A stretch of DNA of 64,000 nt, taken from an uncultured virus (IMG/VR IMGVR_UViG_3300005098_000230). Taxonomy: Duplodnaviria > Heunggongvirae > Uroviricota > Caudoviricetes. The stretch lies in IMG/VR virus record IMGVR_UViG_3300005098_000230. One strand, written 5' to 3'. The notes under the pieces are model-generated. The model made no database searches and had not been told where the DNA came from. It was given only the letters and a program-made list of their open reading frames with translations. A program made the translations under genes and the position numbers. This document shows positions 1 through 9,086 of the stretch, in pieces (the first letter of the stretch is position 1; each line of letters opens with the position of its first letter).

Positions 1-1
1 A

Positions 2-277
2 GTCCGGCAGGCCGTCGCGGGGGTCGGCGGAGCGGAGCCGCTTCCCGGCCAGGGAGTACGGCTGGCAAGGCGGACCGCCAATGATAGCATCAGTGTCTGG
101 GATGTCGGCGGCCGTCAGCTCCCGCACATCAGCCAGTTTCGCCTCAGCCCCGACCAGGCAGTGATAGACCTCCACTGCCAGGGGGTCGTTGTCAAAAGCA
201 GCGGCGATCTCCCAGCCAGCTCGCTTGAAGCCGAGGGAGAAACCGCCAGCGCCGCAAAACAAGTCCACTGCTCTCAT
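2..277 (-). CDS. DNA (cytosine-5)-methyltransferase, N-terminal part (runs off the left edge)
   Basis: Manual translation MRAVDLFCGAGGFSLG...DAIIGGPPCQPYSLAG: motif I FxGxG and catalytic motif IV PCQ; not in the ORF track. Confidence 0.93.
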   Translation of the reverse strand, partial: MRAVDLFCGAGGFSLGFKRAGWEIAAAFDNDPLAVEVYHCLVGAEAKLADVRELTAADIPDTDAIIGGPPCQPYSLAGKRLRSADPRDGLPD

Positions 278-829
278 TCCACCAGTTCCAAGCTGCGTTG
301 ACGATCTGCTAGCGGAGGTGGACGGGGATGTGCCTGCTTTCAACTACCGTGCCTCGCGCATGGCGGTGATCAGCCGTTGCTCCATGCCTGCATCGTGGTA
401 TCAGGCCGTTAAGTCTCCCGACATCCCCAGCCCGTTCCTATTTCCTCCTTAGCCTGCCCACAGCACCCCGTCCGGGTCGGCGGTTTTCCTCCGCGCTCAG
501 GTTACGGCCTCACTTTCGGGTTTACCTGTTAGTTTTGGGAGAGTTTCGCTCCGCTCCCCCTGACTTCCGGCAGCTCCACTCTTCGCAGAGCCCTTCTACG
601 CCCTTTCTTGTCAGGTCTTTAGGACGATGGCCGGCGATTGACAAGCCCCTGGCGGGTGCATCGCAGGCTTGGCCCGGTCACTACCTCCCCCGCTTCCCAA
701 ACCAGCGGGGGAGGTTAATTTCCCCGTCTCTTTTTTTAGCCCATCGTTTACTCCCTTCTCTTTCCTATTGTCTCCCAGCAATGCAGGCCAACTCGTGATT
801 ATACGGAGTCCTCTTGCACTTGCAACACT

Positions 830-858
830 ATAATACCATATTACTGTACACCTGTCAA
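830..858 (-). promoter_or_regulatory. Sigma70-type promoter facing left
   Basis: TTGACA-17 bp-TATTAT with extended -10 TG. Confidence 0.7.
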
Positions 859-897
859 GTGAGCAATCTGTGGAAAGCGTGCTTTCCACACGGGAAC

Positions 898-1131
898 TTA
901 CCTATGCTCAGAGGGATCGGGGAGTTCGTGGCCTGGCTTGAGGGAATGGCCCACACCTACCTCTGTTGCCCGGCCTGAGACAATGGAGAAGGTAATCTGG
1001 CCAAAAGAGACAGCACTAAGCCACTCATCCGCCAGAGGAATGAGCAGTATCATGCTTTTGGACTGGGGACTGAGCCCAGACCAAATCTCTTGGGTTATTG
1101 GGCAGGATCGGGGGGTGTCTTGCTCTGCCAT
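898..1131 (-). CDS. Small hypothetical protein (DUF2292/YezD-like)
   Basis: FGQITFSIVSGRATEV segment; overlaps the 3' end of the upstream GT gene. Confidence 0.4.
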   Translation of the reverse strand: MAEQDTPRSCPITQEIWSGLSPQSKSMILLIPLADEWLSAVSFGQITFSIVSGRATEVGVGHSLKPGHELPDPSEHR

Positions 1132-4100
1132 GTGTACCACGTCTCTCCTACCAGATCGGCGAGGCGGGCAGTGGTTGGCCCCCAGCGCCATTTAGCGGCG
1201 TGAGCGCGGCCTAGCTCTGAGAGGCTCCGCCTCAGCTCCTCGTCGTCCCGCACCTGCTGTATCACACCAGCGATTGTGGCGGGGTTGACCAGGTGTAGGT
1301 CTACGCCAGTGCCCCGCTTGTCGCACTCTTTGGCCTCCATGAGGATCGCCGCCTCACCTGCCAGCGTGCTCATGGCCCGGCCCACATCGTTTGTAACCGC
1401 AACTGGCACGCCGCAGGCCATCGCTTCCAAAACGGGTAGCCCCGCACCCTCAACCTCATGGGGTAAGACTAGGAGATCGAGGAGATTGTACCGTTCCACC
1501 ATCGAGAGACTGACCAGTTGCATCATCTGGGTCACCAAGTCGAGGGCCACATCCTCTTGGAGCTGCGGGAGAGCCTCACGAATGTACTCCGTTGCTACTG
1601 TGGGAATCAACACCTCGCGGCTGCGATCATAGGCCACCCACTGGCGCGGGTTGGCTCTCATCATAGGCGCGAGGGGTGCGAGAAGGGTGATGGTCTCGGG
1701 CTGAAGGTCGGGGGCGAAGCGGACCAGGTCAGCAATGCCCAGACGCGCCACCTCGTCTATCAAGTCAAAGCCCTCCCACATGCCGCCATTCTCGGCCTGC
1801 ATGTGAAGGTAACACTGGAGGCCCTGGGCTTGTCCTGCTTTCCTCAACAGGGCCAGCGCATAGAGCAACCGCCACGGTGCTTTCACCCGCCTGTTGGTGG
1901 CCACCTGGCCGACTACAAAGCCGGTGAAGCCCGTTACCCCTCTCAGCCGCTCTCGCTCAAAGGGCGGTAGGGGGGCAAAGGGTGCATGGTCAGCGCCTGG
2001 GGGGAGGGCCAGCACATCGCGCCCCACCACCCGCTTGATCTCCCTGGCGGCAAAGGGCAGCCACGTCGCTGCGCCGTCTAGCTCAGCGATGATGTGGGCA
2101 TGACCTCGCCACAGAGGAAGGCCCTCCAGGGGAAAGTAACCCACCACAGGGCCAGTGAAGCCGGCAGCGCGGAGGGCTTGCAGGTAGCCCCCCACTCCAC
2201 CAATGTCACGGATGATCAACGCAATGTCGGGTCGCTCCACCAAGAGCAGCTCGCGCAAGCAGGCCCCGCCATCCGGGTCTTGGGTCGTTCCCTTCCACAC
2301 TGACCACGGCACGGTGGTCTGGAAGTAGGGGTTGTGGGCGGGCACGCCGCCAGAGCCTAACTGCACGACGGCGTGCCCACTTGCTTGGATGCCCTGACCG
2401 ACCATGCGAGCAGCAATGCCCCAACCTGTAGGCAAGTCGGGATGGTCAGAAACGAGAAGCACGCGCAGTGGTCGGTGGAGAGAACGGACGGGAAGAGGGC
2501 GCTCATCTCGGGCGAGGTAGACGACTTGGCGGATGATTTGGGTCAGGCGCTCCACATACTCAGCAGGATCGGGGCGGAAGGTGAGCAGGTCTTGTGCCTG
2601 GGATGAATGCTGCTCAGTACAAAGCTCTTGGAGCAGCCTGATAAGGTGCTCCTCCGTGCTCCAGCGGAAGTGGTCAGGTACAGTTTCTCGGTGCCCGCCC
2701 TTGTCACAAGCCAGAGGGATGCACCCGTGGGCCTGCGCCTCGACTACGGTGTAGCCGTAGTGCTCCCAGAAGTCGGGGCGCTGCTCATAGATGCCCCGTG
2801 GGGCAATGAGAATAGTAGCCCGCTGGTAGAACTCCGCGAGTTCTACGTCCGTCAAATCACGAGTCCAAGCAACATTGGGGAGGGTCTCAGCTACCGTCTC
2901 CACGAATTCAGCGTAAGCCTCGTGCCCAGGTGTGCGATCACCTACCAGCAGCAGTCGCCATCCTTGCTCCGCCAATCCAGATTGACGGAAAGCGTGGATG
3001 GCTACGATGGGGGCTTTGGCAGGGTCGAAACGACCAACGAAGAGGATCAGCTTCTCTCGTCCCATGTAGGGAGGAAGGGACACGGGCGGACTGCCTGCAC
3101 AAGGGATCGGTCGCTGTACATCGCTCTCTTGGGGGCGAGGTACGGGCGGATACAGCACCTCGGCCTCACGGTGCCAGCGGGCCTTAATGTGCTCAGCCGT
3201 GAACTTGGAGATGGCCAGTACTACCTCAAAGGGACTGACTGCCTCAGTTGCAATAGGGAAAAGGCAATAATTGATCAGATGATCGCAGGGATACGGGGGG
3301 AGGGGGCCTTCGTGGGAGGCGCAGATACCAACATCAAAGCGGTCGGGCCACTCCTCGCCAGCTCGGTCATCGTAGCGGAAGCCGAAGGCAGACTCACACT
3401 TGTCGGGGGTGAGGATTGCAACGTCGGGCTTGAGGAACAAGGGATACACGTCCAGGCCGTCCACTTGCTGGAGCAGGTGGACGGTATGCAGGAAGAGCCG
3501 CTCAGCCCCACCAATGACCTCGCCGTGGTTGGAGTAAACCAGGACTCGGATCGGGCGCTCGAAATCCAGCGCGTCCAGTTGTGGTTTGCGGGCCAGCCAT
3601 AGGAAGTAATCAGTATCATACCGCTCTTGCCATACTGGATCAGAGCGGATACCGCCGGCAGCAAAGAGGTGCTGGCCTGTGGCGCGGGGTTCAACCAGCA
3701 ATCCGTACCCGGCTAGGTGGAGCTTGTATGTGCCTTCCGTCTCCTCGCCCCGGGCCACGCCCACGGAGTAGACCTCCGGCCATCCACCCACCGCCCGCAT
3801 CGCCTCAGCGCGGTAGAGGCAGCAGGAATAGAGGTGTTGCACCCGAAAGCACGTCCCCTCTGAGGGATACGTGATTTGCGCTCCCCATGAGGGAATAGTG
3901 TGTCCCTCATTAGCCCACTCTGGCTCCCATCCCTCCACCACTGACCGTCCAGCGAAGGTGGGAAACCATAGTCCCCCTACCGCGCCGATGTCGGGGGAAA
4001 GGTAGAAGTGGTGCATCATGCCCTGCAAGGCATAGGCATTGAGCAACACATCATCGTCAAGGCGCAGGATAAACGGGGCCTCGGAGTTGTAGAGCACCCA

Positions 4101-4331
4101 GTTGTGGGCCTTGACCTGTCCCCACCCGCCTGCCTCGATCACCCGCACCCGATGGTTGCGCCTGATGCAGTCCAACCAATGCTCAGTGATGGGGTCAAAG
4201 GGAACATCGGGCGAGTCGTTGATGATGGTGAGGTCCCAGTCCTGGAAGGTCTGCGCCAGAAGCGCGGCGAGACAGCGCCCCAGAACGCGGGGACGGTTCT
4301 TGGTAGGAATGCCAATCTCTACCTGTGCCAC
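1095..4331 (-). CDS. Tri-domain glycosyltransferase (GT2 + GT4 + GT4)
   Basis: N-term IPTKNR..LRLDDD (GT-A DxD); middle FVGRF..EHYGYTVVEA; C-term EGAGLPVLEAMACGVPV (GT-B ExxxxxxxE). Confidence 0.9.
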   Translation of the reverse strand: MAQVEIGIPTKNRPRVLGRCLAALLAQTFQDWDLTIINDSPDVPFDPITEHWLDCIRRNHRVRVIEAGGWGQVKAHNWVLYNSEAPFILRLDDDVLLNAYALQGMMHHFYLSPDIGAVGGLWFPTFAGRSVVEGWEPEWANEGHTIPSWGAQITYPSEGTCFRVQHLYSCCLYRAEAMRAVGGWPEVYSVGVARGEETEGTYKLHLAGYGLLVEPRATGQHLFAAGGIRSDPVWQERYDTDYFLWLARKPQLDALDFERPIRVLVYSNHGEVIGGAERLFLHTVHLLQQVDGLDVYPLFLKPDVAILTPDKCESAFGFRYDDRAGEEWPDRFDVGICASHEGPLPPYPCDHLINYCLFPIATEAVSPFEVVLAISKFTAEHIKARWHREAEVLYPPVPRPQESDVQRPIPCAGSPPVSLPPYMGREKLILFVGRFDPAKAPIVAIHAFRQSGLAEQGWRLLLVGDRTPGHEAYAEFVETVAETLPNVAWTRDLTDVELAEFYQRATILIAPRGIYEQRPDFWEHYGYTVVEAQAHGCIPLACDKGGHRETVPDHFRWSTEEHLIRLLQELCTEQHSSQAQDLLTFRPDPAEYVERLTQIIRQVVYLARDERPLPVRSLHRPLRVLLVSDHPDLPTGWGIAARMVGQGIQASGHAVVQLGSGGVPAHNPYFQTTVPWSVWKGTTQDPDGGACLRELLLVERPDIALIIRDIGGVGGYLQALRAAGFTGPVVGYFPLEGLPLWRGHAHIIAELDGAATWLPFAAREIKRVVGRDVLALPPGADHAPFAPLPPFERERLRGVTGFTGFVVGQVATNRRVKAPWRLLYALALLRKAGQAQGLQCYLHMQAENGGMWEGFDLIDEVARLGIADLVRFAPDLQPETITLLAPLAPMMRANPRQWVAYDRSREVLIPTVATEYIREALPQLQEDVALDLVTQMMQLVSLSMVERYNLLDLLVLPHEVEGAGLPVLEAMACGVPVAVTNDVGRAMSTLAGEAAILMEAKECDKRGTGVDLHLVNPATIAGVIQQVRDDEELRRSLSELGRAHAAKWRWGPTTARLADLVGETWYTWQSKTPPDPAQ

Positions 4332-4537
4332 TTGTCCAACTCCTCAATAGTGATGAGCCCCCGCGCAACTGCATTCTTCTCATAACACCGCTGGCAGCAA
4401 TAAGGCCAGTCAAGCTCCTGCGTGGGGTCTATGCCTTTGCCGTCGGGATTTTCGGCATAGTTCAATCGCTTACCACAGTGGCGGCAATGGGTGCGTCTCA
4501 GCGGTTGGTTCAGCTCTACCAGTTCTACCTGTGCCAC
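4319..4537 (-). CDS. Small Zn-finger protein
   Basis: CRHC...YCCQRC; translationally coupled to both neighbours. Confidence 0.6.
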   Translation of the reverse strand: MAQVELVELNQPLRRTHCRHCGKRLNYAENPDGKGIDPTQELDWPYCCQRCYEKNAVARGLITIEELDKWHR

Positions 4538-4608
4538 TTTTTCAACTCTTCCCTCATCTTGGAAGGCTTCACGGGCTTCTTGCGTTTCTTAGACTTTTTA
4601 GCTGTCAT
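4525..4608 (-). CDS. 27-aa Lys-rich peptide MTAKKSKKRKKPVKPSKMREELKKWHR
   Basis: ATGA overlap with the upstream stop; fills the gap exactly; not in the ORF track. Confidence 0.5.
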   Translation of the reverse strand: MTAKKSKKRKKPVKPSKMREELKKWHR

Positions 4609-5105
4609 TGGCTGCTCCTCATAATCAATGGTAGATAGGCACGATATTCGGCAGCGAAGGAACGAATGTACCAGAAATGGCGGTCGTCTTGATACGTCTG
4701 CTCACCCTCATTGGGGATGTATATGCCGTAGTATACCTCGTCCCACCCCTCGGCAGACCAGGTGAGGCGGTAGAAAACATCGTACTCGCCTGGGTCATAG
4801 TCGGCAGGGTCTATTTCGACATCAAACGGCCCACACGCCAGCCCCTCTCCTGGACGCTCTGCTGCTTGGCAATCGTTGGCAATGGTGAAAACGTCTACCA
4901 CCGCCCCGTTTGAATCTCGCACCTCCACCTCGAAAGTGGCAAACCACTCCTCGGCCGGAACTGTGCTGACCACCTCGATATAGCCCTGGGGAACACTGGG
5001 GTCGTCCCAGTATATCCCAACCTGATGGACAAGGGGGGCAGCGCTGGCGACCGTGACCAGCATGACCAGCATTGCTACTAGCGATATGGTTCTCAATGCT
5101 TTCAT
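4605..5105 (-). CDS. Secreted/surface protein with signal peptide and C-terminal YLPLIMR motif
   Basis: MKALRTISLVAMLVMLVTVASA signal peptide; ends YRAYLPLIMRSSQ. Confidence 0.75.
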   Translation of the reverse strand: MKALRTISLVAMLVMLVTVASAAPLVHQVGIYWDDPSVPQGYIEVVSTVPAEEWFATFEVEVRDSNGAVVDVFTIANDCQAAERPGEGLACGPFDVEIDPADYDPGEYDVFYRLTWSAEGWDEVYYGIYIPNEGEQTYQDDRHFWYIRSFAAEYRAYLPLIMRSSQ

Positions 5106-5107
5106 CG

Positions 5108-5482
5108 CTACACCTCCTGGGAATTTTCCATTTCACCACTTGTGGCAGAGTCGGCGCTCACTGTGATAGAAGTGGACGGACTACTCCATGTGCCCTGATC
5201 ACGCCACGTTTGAAGCCACTGCTCAGCCCACTGGCTAATCCTGTCACAAAGAGGCCACGGCACTGTAGGCATGGAGTCTTGAGAATCCTCATTGCCGCCC
5301 TCGATCCCGCAGAACTCCATGATCTCATCCTCACAGTCTGAGCAGAAGAAGTACAGGTCGCCTTCTTCGGTCATCACTGCAAGGCGGGCATCTTGATCTA
5401 CCACCTGATCGTAGACCTCGCTGTAACCCAGTTGGGCTTCAAACGGACTACCACACCGTTGACATACAATTTCGTTCTTCAT
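5108..5482 (-). CDS. Hypothetical Zn-binding protein
   Basis: CQRC...CSDC; start at MKNEIV. Confidence 0.55.
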   Translation of the reverse strand: MKNEIVCQRCGSPFEAQLGYSEVYDQVVDQDARLAVMTEEGDLYFFCSDCEDEIMEFCGIEGGNEDSQDSMPTVPWPLCDRISQWAEQWLQTWRDQGTWSSPSTSITVSADSATSGEMENSQEV

Positions 5483-5607
5483 AGCCTCTTTCTTGACTCC
5501 TTTCGGTAAAGCCACCAGGCCAGGCCAATCCAGAAAGCTGTCACCAACAGTCCTCCGAGGCAAAAGCCTGACCAGTTAGGGGTTGGTACAGAAACCGTGA
5601 ACCACAT
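5479..5607 (-). CDS. 42-aa single-TM membrane protein
   Basis: MWFTVSVPTPNWSGFCLGGLLVTAFWIGLAWWLYRKESRKRL; AGGAGGT RBS; ATGA overlap downstream; not in the ORF track. Confidence 0.55.
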   Translation of the reverse strand: MWFTVSVPTPNWSGFCLGGLLVTAFWIGLAWWLYRKESRKRL

Positions 5608-5623
5608 CAGCTCATCACCTCCT

Positions 5624-5917
5624 TTAATAGCGAACTGTAAAACCTATGCCTCCGAGTTCTTTTCCCACACGGCTTGCGAGCCGCAAGCCGTTCAGCATCT
5701 CAACATCGCTCATCTCGGCGATAGAACGCTCCGATCCGTCTTCCATGATGAATCTGTCAAGAATGGTCACAACACCGAGAGGGGCGGAGGGAAGGCGACG
5801 CATGTGTCCATGTATCACCCTGGCTGTTTCTGGGTCCACAGCTCCAACACTCGTATTTCCCCACTCCACTACCCTAATCGGCTCAGGGAGTGCGATGTAG
5901 ACCTGGCGCACTTTCAT
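5624..5917 (-). CDS. Hypothetical protein
   Basis: Coupled ORF (ATGA overlap) starting MKVRQV. Confidence 0.55.
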   Translation of the reverse strand: MKVRQVYIALPEPIRVVEWGNTSVGAVDPETARVIHGHMRRLPSAPLGVVTILDRFIMEDGSERSIAEMSDVEMLNGLRLASRVGKELGGIGFTVRY

Positions 5918-6885
5918 CGCAAGACCTCTTTCCATTCTCTCAAGAAATGGGCCAAAGTACAGTTGGCCAACACCCAAGCGCGGGGCATGAACTCCCTACC
6001 ATGCAACACTCGATCTAGCGCCCGCTCAAAAGCGATCTCGTGGTAGTCATCCACCACGATGCCGCATTCAAGGGGCAAGTCAGCGGCGAGACCAGTGCGG
6101 TAGGCCACGATGGGCAGATTGCAGGCCATCGCCTCGATCAGCGCGTAGGAGTTGCCCTCGTAGTGTGAGGGGAAGAAAGCAGCGCATCCCTCTTGCCAGC
6201 GGGCAGCCTCATCGTTCTCGTTGGCAGTGTGTACCCCCAGATATTCCAAGTTCACCGCCGGCCCATCCCATCGCGCCAAGCGATCAGCAACCAGCGGAAT
6301 CATAGCCTTGCCCTTACGGGGATCGTGGGCAACGTGGAGGACTACCTTGTCCTCTGGCGGTTCGAGAGCGGGGGCAAAAACCTCAGTGCCTACACCATTG
6401 AGAATGATCTTCACCTTAGCAGACTCAATACCACACAAGCGAAGCTCGCAAGCTGACTGAGGAGCGACGGCCACCACCAGGTCGGCAGCACGGTACGCTT
6501 CATCCTGCATCTGAGCATGAGGCACAATGTCCTCCGTGCGCATCCAGGGATTGATCTCGTTCTGTATGGCCATGCCCCAGTAGGTGCCGTGACAGACCAC
6601 GATCAGCCGAGCCACCTTCCCTACCACGCCGAGGCCCCAGTAACCGTCAGCTATAACAGTGGTGTCCTGCCCAACCAGTCCCTCATCAAGGAGCCAGTGA
6701 CCGAGAGCCTCCGCTTTTTCCCAATCTGGAGCACTTTCCATGTGGGAATTTTCGGGGTAGTCAGACCACGAGTAAATCGCCAGATCAGGCACGGCGAGGG
6801 CGAGATGGGAAGCAAACTTCTCCACTCCGCCCGTGTACCCATCAGACCGCTTGCGCAGACTTAGATGCACATAATGCTTGCTCAC
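5914..6885 (-). CDS. GT4 family glycosyltransferase
   Basis: GGVEK, ILNGV, PSHYEGNSYALIEAMACNLPIV. Confidence 0.9.
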   Translation of the reverse strand: MSKHYVHLSLRKRSDGYTGGVEKFASHLALAVPDLAIYSWSDYPENSHMESAPDWEKAEALGHWLLDEGLVGQDTTVIADGYWGLGVVGKVARLIVVCHGTYWGMAIQNEINPWMRTEDIVPHAQMQDEAYRAADLVVAVAPQSACELRLCGIESAKVKIILNGVGTEVFAPALEPPEDKVVLHVAHDPRKGKAMIPLVADRLARWDGPAVNLEYLGVHTANENDEAARWQEGCAAFFPSHYEGNSYALIEAMACNLPIVAYRTGLAADLPLECGIVVDDYHEIAFERALDRVLHGREFMPRAWVLANCTLAHFLREWKEVLR

Positions 6886-7195
6886 GTGTCAATCTCCCTC
6901 TTGCGTGGTAGTGAACATGGCCTTTGTTTTTGCGGGGCGTAGGGTCTAACCACCAGTTCAGATTGCCCCAATCGTCTTGGGGATTCATGCCGAAGTACTG
7001 GTTGGCCACCTTCCACAGTGTACAGAGCAAGTGTATGGCTTCTGGTAGAGTGGGGTGTTCTGTGTGACGCTTGAGCACCACCATCGGCACATGGCAGTGT
7101 CTACAGAGGGCGCACCAACATATCTCGTCCTCGTAGAACCACTCTGTAATCCCTTCCGCCCGGCAGAGTTCGCAACTCGGATCGTATTCACTCAT
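6842..7195 (-). CDS. HIT-family (histidine triad) protein
   Basis: CELC near N-term, CRHC, C-terminal HVHYH triad. Confidence 0.65.
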   Translation of the reverse strand: MSEYDPSCELCRAEGITEWFYEDEICWCALCRHCHVPMVVLKRHTEHPTLPEAIHLLCTLWKVANQYFGMNPQDDWGNLNWWLDPTPRKNKGHVHYHARGRLTREQALCASKSAQAV

Positions 7196-7733
7196 TACCT
7201 GCTCCTACCTTCTCCAGCACCCACCTGATCTCCATTGGCCAGCGGGGATGCACAACCTGATCGCCGATCTGGTAGGGCGCGAACCGGACCTCCTGCTCGA
7301 TGATTTTGAAGTAGCCCTTGATGCCATAATCGCCAAACCTGTCCACAAAGCCTGGGGTGAAGTAGAGCATCGAGACCTCGGACAGCGCAAGCCTATGCGT
7401 CGGGTCTCCCCAAGCATAGGGACTGAGATAATGCGGACTGATAATCTCCACTTGTCCGCCAAGAATGAGAACGCGGTGTATCTCGCCCATTATCTCGACC
7501 AGATCGTCGAGGTGCTCGATCAAGTTGTGGGCCAGGATGCGTTCAGCACACTCATCGGGCAAAGGTATCCCCCTGTTGAGGTCATACACAATGTCAACAC
7601 AGGGGAAGGGCTCTTTGTCTATCCCGATATAGCCCTCAGTTTTGCATTTTCCGCAGCCCAGCTCAACTCTGAGCGGTTTCTCAAATCTGCGCTTGTCAAT
7701 CCAAACGATTTCAGCAACGTCGTCACCTGTCAT
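7188..7733 (-). CDS. Class I SAM-dependent methyltransferase
   Basis: VELGCG, IGID, LIEHL, GDPTH; type often found beside GTs. Confidence 0.85.
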   Translation of the reverse strand: MTGDDVAEIVWIDKRRFEKPLRVELGCGKCKTEGYIGIDKEPFPCVDIVYDLNRGIPLPDECAERILAHNLIEHLDDLVEIMGEIHRVLILGGQVEIISPHYLSPYAWGDPTHRLALSEVSMLYFTPGFVDRFGDYGIKGYFKIIEQEVRFAPYQIGDQVVHPRWPMEIRWVLEKVGAGNE

Positions 7734-8904
7734 ATTTCACCACCTTCCCATCTAACCCCTCTGGCACAGGCTCGCCCAGCCAGTCCAAGAGGGTGGGCAA
7801 GATGTCATACACTGTTGCCCCCTCGATCCTCTGCCCTGCGGTCACACCTGGGCCACGCATGATAAGCACGCCATCAGGATGATGGCAACCCGTCTTGGTG
7901 ATGCAGGGCACGAAGAACTCGCTGAGTATTCCCCGGGCACTCGCCAGGGTGTAAGACAAGCCCAACTCACGGCGAGGCCAGACTCGGAGGTCCCACATAT
8001 TTACGCCAGTGTAGGGGCCGTGGTAAATCTCCGCCGGCGTCCAGGTATCTATCGCCTTTCGGCCTTGCCACTCCAGTGCCTCCAACAATTCGCGGGCGCG
8101 ATCTCGCTCCGCTTCGTCCTCGAAGTACCAGTCGCCCCATCCGCCGATCTTGGCACGAATGCCGTGGTAAGCAGCGAATCGCTGGGCCACGAAGTCATGG
8201 GTCACGGGACAAGCCCCGTGGTCAGAGATGACCATGATGCCCACATCGCCCTGCCAGCGAAGAAGAATCTCCTGTAGAATGGAATCGAACGCTTGATACA
8301 GGAGGTGCCGCTGGTCGTAGTGGAAGTGAGCGCAGTGGTCAAATTCTGGCCAGACGATAAAAGCTACACGCCAGGGATACGACTCCAGCAAGTGGAAGAA
8401 GAGGTCTGCCGAGCGGCGCATGGTGTCTACCATCACCGTAGGCGGTCGGCCTGTGAATGTGGCAGGATGCCAGCCCCACTTCTTGAGATCGCGCAGGACG
8501 GACGAAGGCCAGACAGCACGGGCGTCTAGCTTCTGAGGCGCGAGATGCCCAGAAAGGAACACTCCCCCGTGGGGCATGGGTCTCACAGGGTAGGTGAAAG
8601 GAATGCCCTGGGCAATGACGGGGCCAATGTAGTCCCATAGCTCTGGTGCAGCCTTGTCGAACGCCGTGGTGAGCCTGTTATCCCGTTTCACGAAGGTGAA
8701 AACGTTGTGGCGACCCGGGTTCACACCTGATAGAATACTAGACCATGATGGCGGTGTAGATGGTGGTGTAGTGCTACGGAGGTGACCTGATGCCCCGTCC
8801 CGGATCAGGCGCTGAACTGTGGCGAGCTTCGGGTTGGACAGGTCTTCGAGCGTGCCGGCGTCCAAGCCCAGAATGATCACCTTATTCGGTTTCCTCGATG
8901 ACAC
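7723..8904 (-). CDS. Alkaline-phosphatase superfamily nucleotide pyrophosphatase/phosphodiesterase
   Basis: LGLDAG, STTPPSTPPSW..SGVNPGRH, DHCAH, SDHG, YDILPTLL. Confidence 0.85.
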   Translation of the reverse strand: MSSRKPNKVIILGLDAGTLEDLSNPKLATVQRLIRDGASGHLRSTTPPSTPPSWSSILSGVNPGRHNVFTFVKRDNRLTTAFDKAAPELWDYIGPVIAQGIPFTYPVRPMPHGGVFLSGHLAPQKLDARAVWPSSVLRDLKKWGWHPATFTGRPPTVMVDTMRRSADLFFHLLESYPWRVAFIVWPEFDHCAHFHYDQRHLLYQAFDSILQEILLRWQGDVGIMVISDHGACPVTHDFVAQRFAAYHGIRAKIGGWGDWYFEDEAERDRARELLEALEWQGRKAIDTWTPAEIYHGPYTGVNMWDLRVWPRRELGLSYTLASARGILSEFFVPCITKTGCHHPDGVLIMRGPGVTAGQRIEGATVYDILPTLLDWLGEPVPEGLDGKVVKYDR

Positions 8905-9086
8905 TGTTTCTCCCCCTTGTTCTTCTCGAAGGAACACATGATAATCTGCCCACCCTCCGTACCCTCGCAGTAAGGGCAGAGGAGCAGACAGCCCTTTGGG
9001 TCACGGATGTTTACCGCTTTGCCATAAAGAGGACATTGGACAAGCTGCTTGTGTCCTTCCCTGGTCGTTGGCAGACGATGGATCAT
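8877..9086 (-). CDS. Small Cys-rich protein (possible immunity partner of the MuF toxin)
   Basis: ATGA-coupled immediately downstream of the MuF-ART gene. Confidence 0.45.
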   Translation of the reverse strand: MIHRLPTTREGHKQLVQCPLYGKAVNIRDPKGCLLLCPYCEGTEGGQIIMCSFEKNKGEKQCHRGNRIR

